From: Phormidium sp.
Lineage (GTDB): Bacteria > Cyanobacteriota > Cyanobacteriia > Cyanobacteriales > Aerosakkonemataceae
Reading direction: 5' to 3'
Length of the DNA stretch: 64,000 bases
Assembly (NCBI GenBank): GCA_051013385.1
Contig: CP143273.1
Span: 1,408,001-1,472,000, forward strand
Positions 1-10,636 of the stretch are shown piece after piece. Position 1 is the first letter of the stretch. Each line of letters begins with the position of its first letter. The notes under the pieces are model-generated. The model did not search any database. It saw only the letters and a list, made by a program, of their open reading frames with translations, and was not told the DNA's origin. A program made the translations under genes and the position numbers.

Positions 1-5
1 GGTAC

Positions 6-848
6 TTGCGCTCTCTTGAAATTATCCAGAGTTATGGTCTAATTATGACTGCAAGTGAGGCTAAGGCAGAGGACAATCTTATAAAAGGTAATGGGAATCA
101 AGAAGCAGTAACCTCATTTTCATTACGCACAGTATTTAATGATATTTTTCTGGGAACACCACAGGTTCTTGTATTTCAAATTGGTGGTCTACAAAATCGA
201 CTTCAGAAAGGTATTGTATCCCTGGTACTCGATCACCTTAAAGAGTCTTGTGATAAGCAAACAAAAGCATATCAAGAGTACCTTAAGACAGGCAATAAAA
301 CTCTTCGTACTGAGTTTCCTGTATACCCTACAGTCTTTTTTGAAGAAGCTCATATATACATGGATACACGGGATATTGATGACTTAGTACCGCTAATCCG
401 ACATATCGGTATAAATGTATTTTTTGTGACTAATACTCCAGGTGAGCTACCTGATTCTGTCTTTCGTTTGCTAGATAATTTGATTATGACTCGCATGGTT
501 AATCGAAAAGATATTGATCGTTTGGCTGATTGTGGTCTAACAGATAAGGAAACGATTGTTGGCTTCGCTCAGAATTTAAAAGAACACCATGCGTTGTTTC
601 TCAGTGGTAAAGAGGGAGCAACCAAAAACTTTCCGTTGGTCTTTCATGTACGGGATTTTGGTTTAGAAAAATCTGGTCAAACACGGTCTCAATGGGATGC
701 TATGCTGAAATCCCAGCAACAACAAAAAGCTGTAGATAAATCCTCAGCAGAGGCTAAACAAAAAACGCCTGATTTAAATACTTCTCAAAGATCTACTTCA
801 TCTAAATCAAGACGAAAACGTAAAACGGAAGATCCTCTAAATCAGTAA
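6..848 (+). CDS. HerA/DUF87-like P-loop ATPase, C-terminal part (5' end outside window)
   Basis: Walker B-like VFFEEAH followed by RHIGINVFFVTNTPGEL, resembling the HerA/FtsK 'R(K)xG-hhh-TQ-P' motif; ORF runs from the window edge. Confidence 0.6.
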   Translation: MRSLEIIQSYGLIMTASEAKAEDNLIKGNGNQEAVTSFSLRTVFNDIFLGTPQVLVFQIGGLQNRLQKGIVSLVLDHLKESCDKQTKAYQEYLKTGNKTLRTEFPVYPTVFFEEAHIYMDTRDIDDLVPLIRHIGINVFFVTNTPGELPDSVFRLLDNLIMTRMVNRKDIDRLADCGLTDKETIVGFAQNLKEHHALFLSGKEGATKNFPLVFHVRDFGLEKSGQTRSQWDAMLKSQQQQKAVDKSSAEAKQKTPDLNTSQRSTSSKSRRKRKTEDPLNQ

Positions 849-939
849 CATACAAATTGGTGTAATCTAAATAGCGAGGTCTAATTATTAAATCTAGATT
901 TCGCTATCTTATTGTTGGTCAGAGGTAATATTCAAAGTA

Positions 940-2319
940 GTGAGTAATAATTTTGTATTGAGTAATAACTTCGATGATGAAAACTTCGCTGATAAACAAG
1001 CTGCGGAAGTAACGCCTCTTTCGCCTAGCGCTGAACAGATGCAAAGCATTTTTGAAGAGATTGAATGCAATTTGCCTTTCCGGGAAGATGACTCTTTTAA
1101 AGGTATGTTGACTTTTGCACAAAACTTGGAAATTCCAGTTCATCGTTGGTACTATTTCAAAGAGGGTTACTCACATCAGTTAGTGACAACAATACTCGAA
1201 CGTTACTCACGACCATCTGCTTATCCTGCTATTTTAGATCCTTTTTGTGGAGCAGGTACTACTTTAGTAGTAGCACAACAGAGGGAATTACCCGCTGTTG
1301 GAGTAGAAATTAATCCGTTTGCTGCTTTTCTGAGTCGCGTAAAGACTGAACATTACAAGATTGACCCGGAAGAGCTAGAAAAAGTACTGGAAATAGTTAT
1401 CAATGATACTAATTCAACAAAAATTACTTTACCTGCTTTAACCACATTTCGGAATAAGGATTATTTCCCTAATAAAAGTGCTTATAAATTAATTAGACTA
1501 AGAAATTCTATAAACAGATTAAGAGCTAAACAAGAGGTAAAGGATGCTTTAATGCTAGCTCTTTTAGCCACAATTGAAGATGTATCTCACTTACACAAAG
1601 ACGGGAGATTACTTAGATATTCCCCCAGAAATGTAATTTCTCCTCAAGAAGCTTTATATAAACGAACAATGGTTATACTTGAAGACATAAAAGCGATAAG
1701 AACCAAACCCTATAGCAAAGTTAGCGTTTTACAAGGTGATACGAGAGAACTTAACCTACTATTATCTGACCACCAATTTTCCTGTCAGTTTGGTTTAATA
1801 TTGTACTCTCCCCCTTATGTAAATAATTTTGACTATAGCGAAGTATACAAATGTGAACTTTGGTTAGCAGGCTTTATCGAATCATACGATCAATGGCGAA
1901 AGTTGAGAAAAAAAACATTTAGATCTCATCCAGACAGCTATGTTTCACCTACGAGTTATCTTAAGAATAAACCTGAGCTTCGTGAAGTATATCGCTTAGT
2001 AGAACAAGCTGCTAGGTGTCCAGACATTGGAAGTTATGCACAAAAACGAGCACCTAGAGTAATTCGAGGTTACTTTGATGATGTTTTTTTAATGCTTCAA
2101 GAACAGATAGCCATACTTGCGCCTAAAGGACATATTGTTTGTGTGGTTGGCAACTCAAGACATGGTAATTTGCATATTCCCGCAGACACTCTTATAGCCA
2201 AGATTGGTCAAGCGTTGGGGTTGGAACTCGTGGAAATTTGTATTGCTAAGTACCGTTTTAGTCGTAACCAAACTCACCAAAAGTTACGTGAGAGCTTAGT
2301 CATCTTCAGAAAACCATAA
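940..2319 (+). CDS. DNA amino-methyltransferase, probably N4-cytosine, alpha class
   Basis: HRWYYFKEGYS, motif I DPFCGAGTT near the N-terminus, motif IV SPPY later, C-terminal LRESLVIFRK; GTG start. Confidence 0.85.
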   Translation: MSNNFVLSNNFDDENFADKQAAEVTPLSPSAEQMQSIFEEIECNLPFREDDSFKGMLTFAQNLEIPVHRWYYFKEGYSHQLVTTILERYSRPSAYPAILDPFCGAGTTLVVAQQRELPAVGVEINPFAAFLSRVKTEHYKIDPEELEKVLEIVINDTNSTKITLPALTTFRNKDYFPNKSAYKLIRLRNSINRLRAKQEVKDALMLALLATIEDVSHLHKDGRLLRYSPRNVISPQEALYKRTMVILEDIKAIRTKPYSKVSVLQGDTRELNLLLSDHQFSCQFGLILYSPPYVNNFDYSEVYKCELWLAGFIESYDQWRKLRKKTFRSHPDSYVSPTSYLKNKPELREVYRLVEQAARCPDIGSYAQKRAPRVIRGYFDDVFLMLQEQIAILAPKGHIVCVVGNSRHGNLHIPADTLIAKIGQALGLELVEICIAKYRFSRNQTHQKLRESLVIFRKP

Positions 2320-2398
2320 CTACTAAAAGCTACCGAGCAGCTTCGACTCCTCCACCGCCAATGCCTCTAACTACTGTACTAATCAGTAGCCTTCAATC

Positions 2399-2970
2399 CT
2401 AAATTCCACAAGCATCCACACGCTCAAGCAAAGTACCAATCCAATCCCGATATCGTGGATACATAGTACTTTTTTTGCCTGCTAATCTCACCCACCAACT
2501 CCAGAAAGCAGCTGGAAGATGTCCCGGTGGTGCATCTAAACTAAAAGTCATTTCCCACCAAGGAATCCAAATTTTATGGGCTACTCGCCAACGATCGCCA
2601 GTAATTAAATCCACTGCTTCTCGACCATAGTCTGTTAGTATATAGTTGTCTCCCACCAAAGGTTCAAATAACGAAGTATTGACTCGCCAAATTCGGTTGA
2701 CTCTCCAACCAACGCGATCGCGCGATCGCCTAATCGCTGATAATCCTTTTCCACAGATTGATAGATTTCCTTTTGTACCGAAAAGCCAAATTTTCCCTTA
2801 CTAGCTGTCATCCACAGTTGGTTAATAGTGTGTAAATCAACACAAGGAATTTGACCAATTTCTGATTCGTATAACACCCGAATTTTTGATGGACGTAAGC
2901 TTTGGCGTGCGGAGCGATCGCTCATTGGCACATAGCTACAATTTGGATGATCGAGAAAGCAACTGGACAA
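2399..2970 (-). pseudogene. GUN4-domain protein, split and truncated
   Basis: IPCVDLHTINQLWMTASKGKFGFSVQKEIY in one frame and FSLDAPPGHLP in the next; frame change near 2640-2660; no clear N-terminus. Confidence 0.65.
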
Positions 2971-3011
2971 ACCAAATTTATTACGTTATTTCCCGATAAG
3001 GAGGTTTAAGC

Positions 3012-3134
3012 ATGAAATTTGAACTGTTTACACGAGTGGCATTACATGAAGATTTACCCCAGTACAAACTCTGTCGGGGAGATGTAGCAACAATTGTCGA
3101 ACATCACCCTGTACCGGATGATGAGGTTGGATGA
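3012..3134 (+). pseudogene. DUF4926-like protein remnant (40 aa)
   Basis: MKFELFTRVALHEDLPQYKLCRGDVATIVEHHPVPDDEVG*, with GGAGG RBS upstream; stops about half-way through the usual domain. Confidence 0.6.
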
Positions 3135-3632
3135 AGTGATAGCTTAGAAGCAAATAATTAACTCATCCACGCTCGAAGCTTGTAGCGTGAATTGCTAATG
3201 TCTACAACTTAATATTTTGCCCAAATCTAATTTCCACAACAACAGCACCCAAACTGGACTTACCGAATAATTTCCTCTGTTAATAAATGCTACTTGGAGA
3301 GACACTGAAGAATTAAAACTCAGTTGTCTTACTCCCCTGATTCAGTTGAGGAAATATCAGTTTTCTAGTTGTTGAGTGCTGTTGTTAGTTAACACAATCG
3401 ATTTTAGATGAAACAGCTTTTTCCCTCCTTAGTTAATAGTGGACTTTAGCTGTAATCTTTATCTGATGAAGCACTTTTGCTTCACTTATTAACTTACCAT
3501 TTCCTTTAACTTCTACATTCAAAATGATAAATAACTTTACTTTTGACAGCAGAGAAATTCATCATTTTAAATTTGCTTTGCCATCAACTGCACTTGGGCT
3601 TGGGTCGATCGGTCAATTAGCTATTTGAGTCA

Positions 3633-3788
3633 CTACTGAATTTTTCCCTCCTCTTTAGCCTTAGCCAAACCCTGCTGGAGCAAGATTGCTGCCATTTGAG
3701 ATAAAGAACGCTGCTCTACATCAGCCAGCTTCTTTAAGCCTTCCTTCATTTCTTCGGAAACAAAAACCGTGACGGTTGTTTTCCCCAT
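3633..3788 (-). CDS. Ribbon-helix-helix (CopG/Arc-like) protein, 51 aa
   Basis: Manual translation MGKTTVTVFVSEEMKEGLKKLADVEQRSLSQMAAILLQQGLAKAKEEGKIQ shows the strand-helix-RS(L)S-helix pattern; below the ORF-track cutoff. Confidence 0.75.
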   Translation of the reverse strand: MGKTTVTVFVSEEMKEGLKKLADVEQRSLSQMAAILLQQGLAKAKEEGKIQ

Positions 3789-4495
3789 CTGTTCTATCTG
3801 AATCTATTGCAAAGTCCTTTTTTATCTTAGTTGCCCTTGACTTCTCTGTATATGTCACTAAACTTAACAACATCTAGCTAAATTTAATGGAATCTGTTAG
3901 GATAACCACAAAGCAAAATTCTCCTTACTGCATGAAATACCCAGCAACCGATTCATAGTGGTGCGTTGACGTAGCCTGCGCGTATCGCCCACTTCTATGA
4001 ACACAACGCTATACAATTATCGTTGATGATGATTACAACCAATGGCAAACCGCCTACATGGTTGTGAGGCAGCGCGTTTGGTTCGTAATGATTCTCGTGA
4101 TTATGTTCGCCGCTATGCTGAATGGGTTTTGGCGCATCAACATCAGCCTGTGCGAGTTGATGACCAAAATACTCGAATGAGATCGCAGTTAATCACAGTT
4201 TCAGTAGAGCGAAAACTTTTGCGATCGCTCTGGTTCTGGCGTAATCGATCCGATCGCATTCAATTAACTGTTAACAACTAAAATTTACCCAAGATAAGGG
4301 TATTGTTGAGGTTTAGTTTTCAGTAGTTCTTCCCAGTATTTTATAGCATTGCGTTTGGTGGTTTCTTTATCGCGCTGTTTGTGAACTCTACATATTCCCA
4401 AGCCCGGAAATTGATTTCCGGGCGAACTGGAAAAAGAAACACAAATCCCTGTGTGGATGTAAGCTAAAAACTTATAACCTAGAAATTATGCAAAC

Positions 4496-4897
4496 ATGGG
4501 ACAAACCGAACGTTTAATCCTGATCGCAGAAGATGAACTGACTCAGTACAGCACTGATGCGCGGAAAATCGAAAAACTCCGCCAAAAAATTGGCTTATCC
4601 GTCACCCCAGCGGAACAAAAGCAAGTCAAAGAAGCATTACTTGCCCAAATGCCAACAGATTTTTTCAGTCAATTAGTGGAAAAACAACGTCAGACGGTAG
4701 CTTTACCCTTCTGGGGTATTGCAGGTTTAGGACTGCTATTCGGAATTTCCCTTTCTCAACCAATTGATTATATCGCCACTATTGCAGGTGCAGCGATCGC
4801 GATCGGCGTGCAAAAATGGGGATGGCGATTACAAGCTAAACGTTTAGTAATACAAACTCTCGAAGATATCGAACGACTTACCCGTAAACCCGAATAA
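4496..4897 (+). CDS. Hypothetical membrane protein (two TM segments)
   Basis: ORF with hydrophobic hairpin FWGIAGLGLLFGI...IAGAAIAIGV. Confidence 0.7.
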   Translation: MGQTERLILIAEDELTQYSTDARKIEKLRQKIGLSVTPAEQKQVKEALLAQMPTDFFSQLVEKQRQTVALPFWGIAGLGLLFGISLSQPIDYIATIAGAAIAIGVQKWGWRLQAKRLVIQTLEDIERLTRKPE

Positions 4898-5017
4898 CAA
4901 CAGTTAGGTATAATTTCTTCCCTTATTCTTTAGTCCTTGTCAAGCGGACTAAGTTTTGTGTAGACGCGATTTCAATCGCTCGGATTTGGTACAATCATCA
5001 AAACCGGAACATAAAGC

Positions 5018-5848
5018 TCAAGGATTTTTCGTAGTTGTACCGCGATCGGATAGCTGGAGTTTTGGCTTGGGTGAGGGTGGTAGTTTAGTTATTTGTGTAT
5101 CATTACTCTCTTCACTGCCTTCACTGGATGTGGATTGTTTGAATTCTTTAATTTGTTGTAGTGCTTCGGTTTTCATTTTCTTGCTAGCTTTAAAGAATTG
5201 CGGCACGTCTGATTGCGGCAAGGTTAATAACGAATCAAAACCAAATACGTTCCTTTGCGGTAAAAATTTAGCTTTGATGGAGACAAACATTGGCTTACCT
5301 TGTTCTTCTTTATCTAATTTAGGATTAAACCGAAATGGTCGCATCGGCGCATCTTTCCAAAATATCGGTAAATGGCTGCCTTTCATAAATCTGACTCTTT
5401 TGTAAACTGGGGATTTTTTGACCAACTCTAATCTTTCGGGAGTGAAATTCTTGAACACCGAAATGCAGGGGACTTGACAAACTGGTATAAACTGCCACAA
5501 ACCTGAGATTTTAAACTCAAAATCATTGAGGGATCTACAAATCCCTTCGCTGGAACCGTTGTCGAATCCTACTAATTGGAAGGTGATTTGATGTGGTTTA
5601 TCTTTTCGAGGAAAATGAATTACTCTAGGATACACGATCAGACGTAACTCGTTATTCCCTGTAGTTTCTATTTGTTTTTTCAGGGCTTCAAATGCTTTCA
5701 AGCCTTTTTTTGTGGGAATATAGAAAAGCGAGTATTGGCGACCAGAAACAGTGACGGTAGCAGCTTTATCTTCTTCTGTAAAAGTTACTTTCCCAGGGAG
5801 GATGCCTACGGCTTGGAAAAGTAGTTCTTGGGGGGAATCAGTGGTCAT
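5018..5848 (-). CDS. Hypothetical protein
   Basis: 276-aa ORF with natural composition and a low-complexity tail. Confidence 0.7.
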   Translation of the reverse strand: MTTDSPQELLFQAVGILPGKVTFTEEDKAATVTVSGRQYSLFYIPTKKGLKAFEALKKQIETTGNNELRLIVYPRVIHFPRKDKPHQITFQLVGFDNGSSEGICRSLNDFEFKISGLWQFIPVCQVPCISVFKNFTPERLELVKKSPVYKRVRFMKGSHLPIFWKDAPMRPFRFNPKLDKEEQGKPMFVSIKAKFLPQRNVFGFDSLLTLPQSDVPQFFKASKKMKTEALQQIKEFKQSTSSEGSEESNDTQITKLPPSPKPKLQLSDRGTTTKNP

Positions 5849-6098
5849 AGAAATTAAGTGTGTATTGATTACCTTTTTGAGTTATGATGACCAAGGTAAC
5901 ATCCTCAGTCAATTGCGATCGCATCAATCCAACCCGGAAACAGTGCTTTCACCTTAGCATGAAACACATCTCTTGCTGAAGCCAAGAATAAAATCGCAAA
6001 TACACATAGCCCAAAAAAGTCTCGGTAATGGTAACACCCAGCACCCATTGATGAAGCTGTGTAGCATAATATATGGAATGGGATAAGGAAGTACCATT

Positions 6099-6974
6099 AT
6101 GTTTCTAGTAACAGGAGCCACTGGAGATTTAGGTCGCCGGATAGTGCGCTTATTATGCGATCGCAAAAAGCCAGTACGTTCATTTGTCCGCCTTACCTCA
6201 CGTTATGGGGAATTAGAATACCGAGGTAGCGAAATATTTATCGGTGATTTACGGCAAGACAAAGATATTCACAAAGCTTGCTTTGGAGTTAAATATATTA
6301 TCAGCGCTCATGGTGGAGAGGGCAATCCTTCCGCAGTTGATTACCGAGCTAATATCGAATTAATTGACCAAGCAAAAGCAGCTGGAATCGAGCATTTTGT
6401 TTTTATCTCTGTGCTGGGTGCCGATCGCGGATACGAAGATGCGCCGACTTTTAAAGCTAAACGAGAAGTGGAAAAATACTTACAATCAAGTGGATTAAAT
6501 TACACTATTTTGCGTCCTTCAGGATTGGCTTCTAATGTTTTACAATTAGCAGAAAGATTCCGGGATACGGGGATTTATTTGTTAGTTGGAGATCCGAAAA
6601 ATCGCGCTTCAATTGTCAGCACTGATGATTTAGCTCGGATTGCTGTAGAATCTGTGAATGTACCAGCAGCAAAAAAGCAAATCTTTCCCGTTGGGGGGCC
6701 GCAAATTTTAGAAAGAGGCGAAATTCCGCAAATTTTTGGCAAGATTTTTAACCAAGAACCCTTTGTGGTTAATGTACCTTTGTTTTTGGTTGATGGGGTG
6801 CGAAGTGCGATCGGTGTATTTAATCCTTTTGCCAAAGATTCTTTAGGAACTCTGCGCGTATTACTGGGAAATGAATTCTTTTGTACCAGTGATGAAATTG
6901 CCAACTTGGAGTCAACTTTTAACTTCAAATTAGAAACCTTGGAAATGTTTTTGCGCCGCTATTTAGGAGTTTAA
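6099..6974 (+). CDS. Atypical SDR / NmrA-like NAD(P)-binding oxidoreductase
   Basis: N-terminal VTGATGDLG Rossmann motif, YTILRPS. Confidence 0.85.
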   Translation: MFLVTGATGDLGRRIVRLLCDRKKPVRSFVRLTSRYGELEYRGSEIFIGDLRQDKDIHKACFGVKYIISAHGGEGNPSAVDYRANIELIDQAKAAGIEHFVFISVLGADRGYEDAPTFKAKREVEKYLQSSGLNYTILRPSGLASNVLQLAERFRDTGIYLLVGDPKNRASIVSTDDLARIAVESVNVPAAKKQIFPVGGPQILERGEIPQIFGKIFNQEPFVVNVPLFLVDGVRSAIGVFNPFAKDSLGTLRVLLGNEFFCTSDEIANLESTFNFKLETLEMFLRRYLGV

Positions 6975-7024
6975 ACAAAGTTTGGCACAGTTGGAAGTGC
7001 TGCTTAAAAAATGAGACGATCGCC

Positions 7025-7648
7025 ATGTATGCAATAGTTACAAAGCCATTAACCTTTGAGGAATTTCTCGCTTGGGATGACGGATCTGGCAGAGAATTTG
7101 AGTTAATTGATGGGGTTCCTGTGCCATTATCTGAACCAAATGCAAATCATGAGGATTTGATAGAGCGACTTTGTGCTTACCTGGAAGTTCACTGCTTGGA
7201 GGCGAATCTTCCTTATGTTTCCAGACAGTCTAAACAAGTTCGACTTAAAACTGAACCAGAGGAGAAAGAAAAAAGCCGTAAAGCAGATATCGTAATTTTT
7301 GCCAAAGAAGAATGGCAGCGCATGAAAGGTAATTCTAGCTCTGCTGCTGCTTACGTTCCACCCCCAGGAATCATTGAGGTAGTTAGTACAAATTGGAAAG
7401 ATGACTATCTCACCAAACTCGCTGAATACGAAGATTTGGGAGTGTCCGAATACATAATTGTGGACTACGCGGCTTTAGGTGGAATTCGTTTTATCGGTTC
7501 ACCGAAACAGCCAACGATTACGATTTATCAGTTGGAGAATGGTGAATATCTGCCCGGTAAGATTTTTAGAGGGCAAGATCGAATTGAGTCTCGGTTGTTT
7601 CCTAACTTAACTATCACAGCCGAACAGATTTTTGCCATGAGCAGGTAA
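7025..7648 (+). CDS. Uma2 family (DUF820) endonuclease-like protein
   Basis: LTFEEFL, ELIDG, IIEVVS, DYLTKLAEYEDLGVSEYIIVD. Confidence 0.9.
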   Translation: MYAIVTKPLTFEEFLAWDDGSGREFELIDGVPVPLSEPNANHEDLIERLCAYLEVHCLEANLPYVSRQSKQVRLKTEPEEKEKSRKADIVIFAKEEWQRMKGNSSSAAAYVPPPGIIEVVSTNWKDDYLTKLAEYEDLGVSEYIIVDYAALGGIRFIGSPKQPTITIYQLENGEYLPGKIFRGQDRIESRLFPNLTITAEQIFAMSR

Positions 7649-7780
7649 GCGGATGCAAGCGACAATACAATCAAAAGGACAGAAATCGGGTTTCTTGCCA
7701 ATAGCTAAACCTGAAAGCTTAGATTTTTAGTTAATCAACCCGGTTTTTCAGGTCTTGTTGAGAATGGTGCCAGATCTAAG

Positions 7781-9049
7781 TTATACAGCTACAGTCATGT
7801 TATAGCTGGTGTTAGTTGTGGTAGTGTTGGTAAATACTTGGACAAAGTAAGAACCTGCTTCTAAGTTTTGTGTGAAAGTACCCAGGCTATTGTTAGCAGA
7901 ATTCACAATACCGATGGTTTCTGTACTATCAAACTGACCATTGCTGTTAGTATCTCGGTAAAGGATCGCAAAAGCTGGATCGGTTGTACCGTTGAGAGAA
8001 AGGTTGATATTCCTGTTACCATCTAAGACGAAGCTGTAGAAGTCGAGGCGATCGGTACTGCCGACAAAATCACTTACCGTGCGACTACCGCTCAGAGTAC
8101 CCAGATTGAAAGCACTAGCTTGAGTACTTCCGGGATCTGTTGTGTTGGTAGAGCGAATGGTAGAAGGAGACATTGCCAAATTGTACAAGGTGTTAGTTGC
8201 AGGGCTTTCAGTTAACACATCAATATGATAATAACCAGCACCCAAGGTCTTGTTAATGACTGCGGGAGTGGAAGCATTACCAGTAACACTGGCTATTTCT
8301 TCACCTGGATCAACTCGACCGTTATCATTAGTATCTGCAAAGAGTTTCAAAGTAGTATTATCACTCAATCCAGAAAGATTCAAGTTAAGATTAATTGGAT
8401 CGACTACACGGAAGCCGTAATAGTCATCGCGATCGCTAGTTCCCACGAAATCACGAAAAGTTGCTTTCGCAATTAAAGTTCCTAAATCGTAAGCAGTAGT
8501 AGAAACGTTACTCGGATCAGTGTAAGGCGAAACTGGTGGAGAACCTACCCGTCCTTCCCTAATCCCATTTTCCAAGAAGTGTAGCAGTGCGGCTTGATAA
8601 TTATTCCCAAAAACCGCTCTCAAATCGCTATAAATTGCTAAATAGTAATTTGGGTTGAAAAATTCTGAGGAAATTCGCCCTTCACTCACACCATATTCTT
8701 TAAAGTGTTGATACAATTGCTCGTTATTGAAACCAACAGCAGCCAAGTCAGTATTAACTGCCTTGTAAAAGAAAGGGCTGAACACAACTGAAGAACGTCG
8801 TCCTTCATTAGCACCGGAGTTTTCCAAATGGCTGAATAACTGCGCGTTAGTGGTTAACCCCGCCCGTCCTAAATCGGGATTGCTTTGAGCATAGGATTTG
8901 AGATTAACAAAAGGTGAAGGCAGTCTTCCTTCGTTAATACCAATTGTGCGGAAGTGGTTTTCTAGTTGTTGCGGGGTAGTTAAACCTGCTGCTGCTAAAT
9001 CAGGGTACAGGGAAGCGTAACTTTTAGCATCAAAAAGATTGACAGTCAT
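7781..9049 (-). CDS. Surface protein with N-terminal YxxxNPDL-type repeats and two PPC (pre-peptidase C-terminal) domains
   Basis: Repeats YASLYPDL, YAQSNPDL, YYLAIYSDL; two DFVGxxDRxDxYxF...GxY domains. Confidence 0.7.
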   Translation of the reverse strand: MTVNLFDAKSYASLYPDLAAAGLTTPQQLENHFRTIGINEGRLPSPFVNLKSYAQSNPDLGRAGLTTNAQLFSHLENSGANEGRRSSVVFSPFFYKAVNTDLAAVGFNNEQLYQHFKEYGVSEGRISSEFFNPNYYLAIYSDLRAVFGNNYQAALLHFLENGIREGRVGSPPVSPYTDPSNVSTTAYDLGTLIAKATFRDFVGTSDRDDYYGFRVVDPINLNLNLSGLSDNTTLKLFADTNDNGRVDPGEEIASVTGNASTPAVINKTLGAGYYHIDVLTESPATNTLYNLAMSPSTIRSTNTTDPGSTQASAFNLGTLSGSRTVSDFVGSTDRLDFYSFVLDGNRNINLSLNGTTDPAFAILYRDTNSNGQFDSTETIGIVNSANNSLGTFTQNLEAGSYFVQVFTNTTTTNTSYNMTVAV

Positions 9050-9406
9050 GATTTTTTCCTCCTAAAATGAAGAGAAAGCACTATATTTGTGAGAAAAAAC
9101 ACAAATCATTTGGCACTGGCTATGTAATAAAGGCGTGCCATTTTTCATATTAACGATAAATGGAAGATGCGATCGGTGAAATTAAGCTTTGTACACTAAG
9201 TATGCCTATTTAACTATATATCATTGTAAACATTTTGGATATTTAGTTACAAGGAATACAGAAATTTTTAACAAAGTTAGTGTTTCATCGTTTCTCCATA
9301 AATTCACTTAAGTAAGGTGTGCGTTTGTTTTGGCTATAGCACAAATATCTCTACCAATACGGGTAGTACTATTCCAGAAACTTACCGAAAAATTGTGGAA
9401 GATTGA

Positions 9407-10174
9407 TTAGCGTGTCAGTGTTAAAGCTAACAGGATGGCGACGATCGCGCCCACAAAAGTATTGATGGCGTTAACTACTTCGTTAGTTAACCAGCTAACT
9501 TTTGTTTGCAGAGTGGCACCAATGACGCTTTCTAAGTTGGTGGCGACAAAGGCGGCGATGACGCATAAACCGACACCTACTAAATTTATTACACCGATAC
9601 CCCAAGCTAGGAGGGCGATCGCAACTGAACCCACAACTCCAGCTAAAGTTCCCTCTAAACTAACTGCCCCTTCAGTTCCCCTGGCGACAGGTTGTAAAGT
9701 AGTAATCAAAAAAGTGCGTTTGCCATAAGCTTTGCCGACTTCACTGGCGCAGGTATCGGAAAGTTTGGTGCTAAAACTGGCGACATAACCGAGTAAAAGT
9801 AAAGGCTGTAAACTGGGGGGGAGGAGATTGGCACCAATGGCAGCTACACCTAAAGCACAAAGGGCAGCGGTAGCCGCTGAGCCCCAAACATTTTCTGGCC
9901 CTCTAGCACCAGAACGCTTTTCGGCTATGCCTTCGGCTTCTTTTTGGGCCATACCGATGCGGGTGACGGCTGATCCTGCGAGGAAGTAAAACATAACGAC
10001 TACGTAACCTTGCCAGCCGAGAGTTCCCCAAATCAGTATACCTAGTAACCAAGCGTGAAATAAACCAGCCGGAGTAAGTAGTTTTTTGGGGATTACCCAA
10101 GCGATCGATAATAAAACTGTGTTTAATCCCACTGCAATTAACCAGGGATTGAGCGAATAAATAGAATTAAACAT
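9407..10174 (-). CDS. DUF92 / TIGR00297 membrane protein
   Basis: RGPENVWGS, KLSDTCASEVGK, GTEGAVSLEGT; start set at ATG 10174. Confidence 0.9.
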   Translation of the reverse strand: MFNSIYSLNPWLIAVGLNTVLLSIAWVIPKKLLTPAGLFHAWLLGILIWGTLGWQGYVVVMFYFLAGSAVTRIGMAQKEAEGIAEKRSGARGPENVWGSAATAALCALGVAAIGANLLPPSLQPLLLLGYVASFSTKLSDTCASEVGKAYGKRTFLITTLQPVARGTEGAVSLEGTLAGVVGSVAIALLAWGIGVINLVGVGLCVIAAFVATNLESVIGATLQTKVSWLTNEVVNAINTFVGAIVAILLALTLTR

Positions 10175-10204
10175 GGAATACGAGCCTCTTGTGAACAGTA
10201 AATT

Positions 10205-10636
10205 ATGAATCAAGTATTATTTCATCTTGCCTTTCCGGTTGCTAACATTGCCCAAACTAAAGAGTTTTATGTTGATGGTTTGGGATGCGAAGTTGGTCGA
10301 GAAGCGGCAGATTCTTTAATTCTCAATCTTTACGGACATCAGATCGTTGCTCATGTTACCAAAGAATTGCTTTCGCCGCAAAAAGGGATTTATCCCAGAC
10401 ATTTTGGTTTAATTTTCACCCAAGAAGCAGACTGGGAAAATTTGTTAGCCAGAGCACAACAAAAGCAGCTGCGTTTTCATCAACAACCGAAACGGAGATT
10501 TGTGGGTATGCCTACTGAACATCGTACTTTCTTTTTAGAAGATCCGTTTGACAATTTTTTGGAGTTTAAATTTTACTGTCAATACTCGGCAATTTTTGGG
10601 GAGGCGGAGTTTGCCCAAGTGGGTGATGCTGTCTGA
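10205..10636 (+). CDS. VOC/glyoxalase family protein
   Basis: FHLAFPV, YPRHFG, FFLEDPFDNFLEFK. Confidence 0.9.
   Translation: MNQVLFHLAFPVANIAQTKEFYVDGLGCEVGREAADSLILNLYGHQIVAHVTKELLSPQKGIYPRHFGLIFTQEADWENLLARAQQKQLRFHQQPKRRFVGMPTEHRTFFLEDPFDNFLEFKFYCQYSAIFGEAEFAQVGDAV

Noticed and set aside
4042..4281. 79-aa ORF divergent from the RHH gene
   Set aside because: No recognisable family, and competing short frames overlap it; cannot be supported as a gene.
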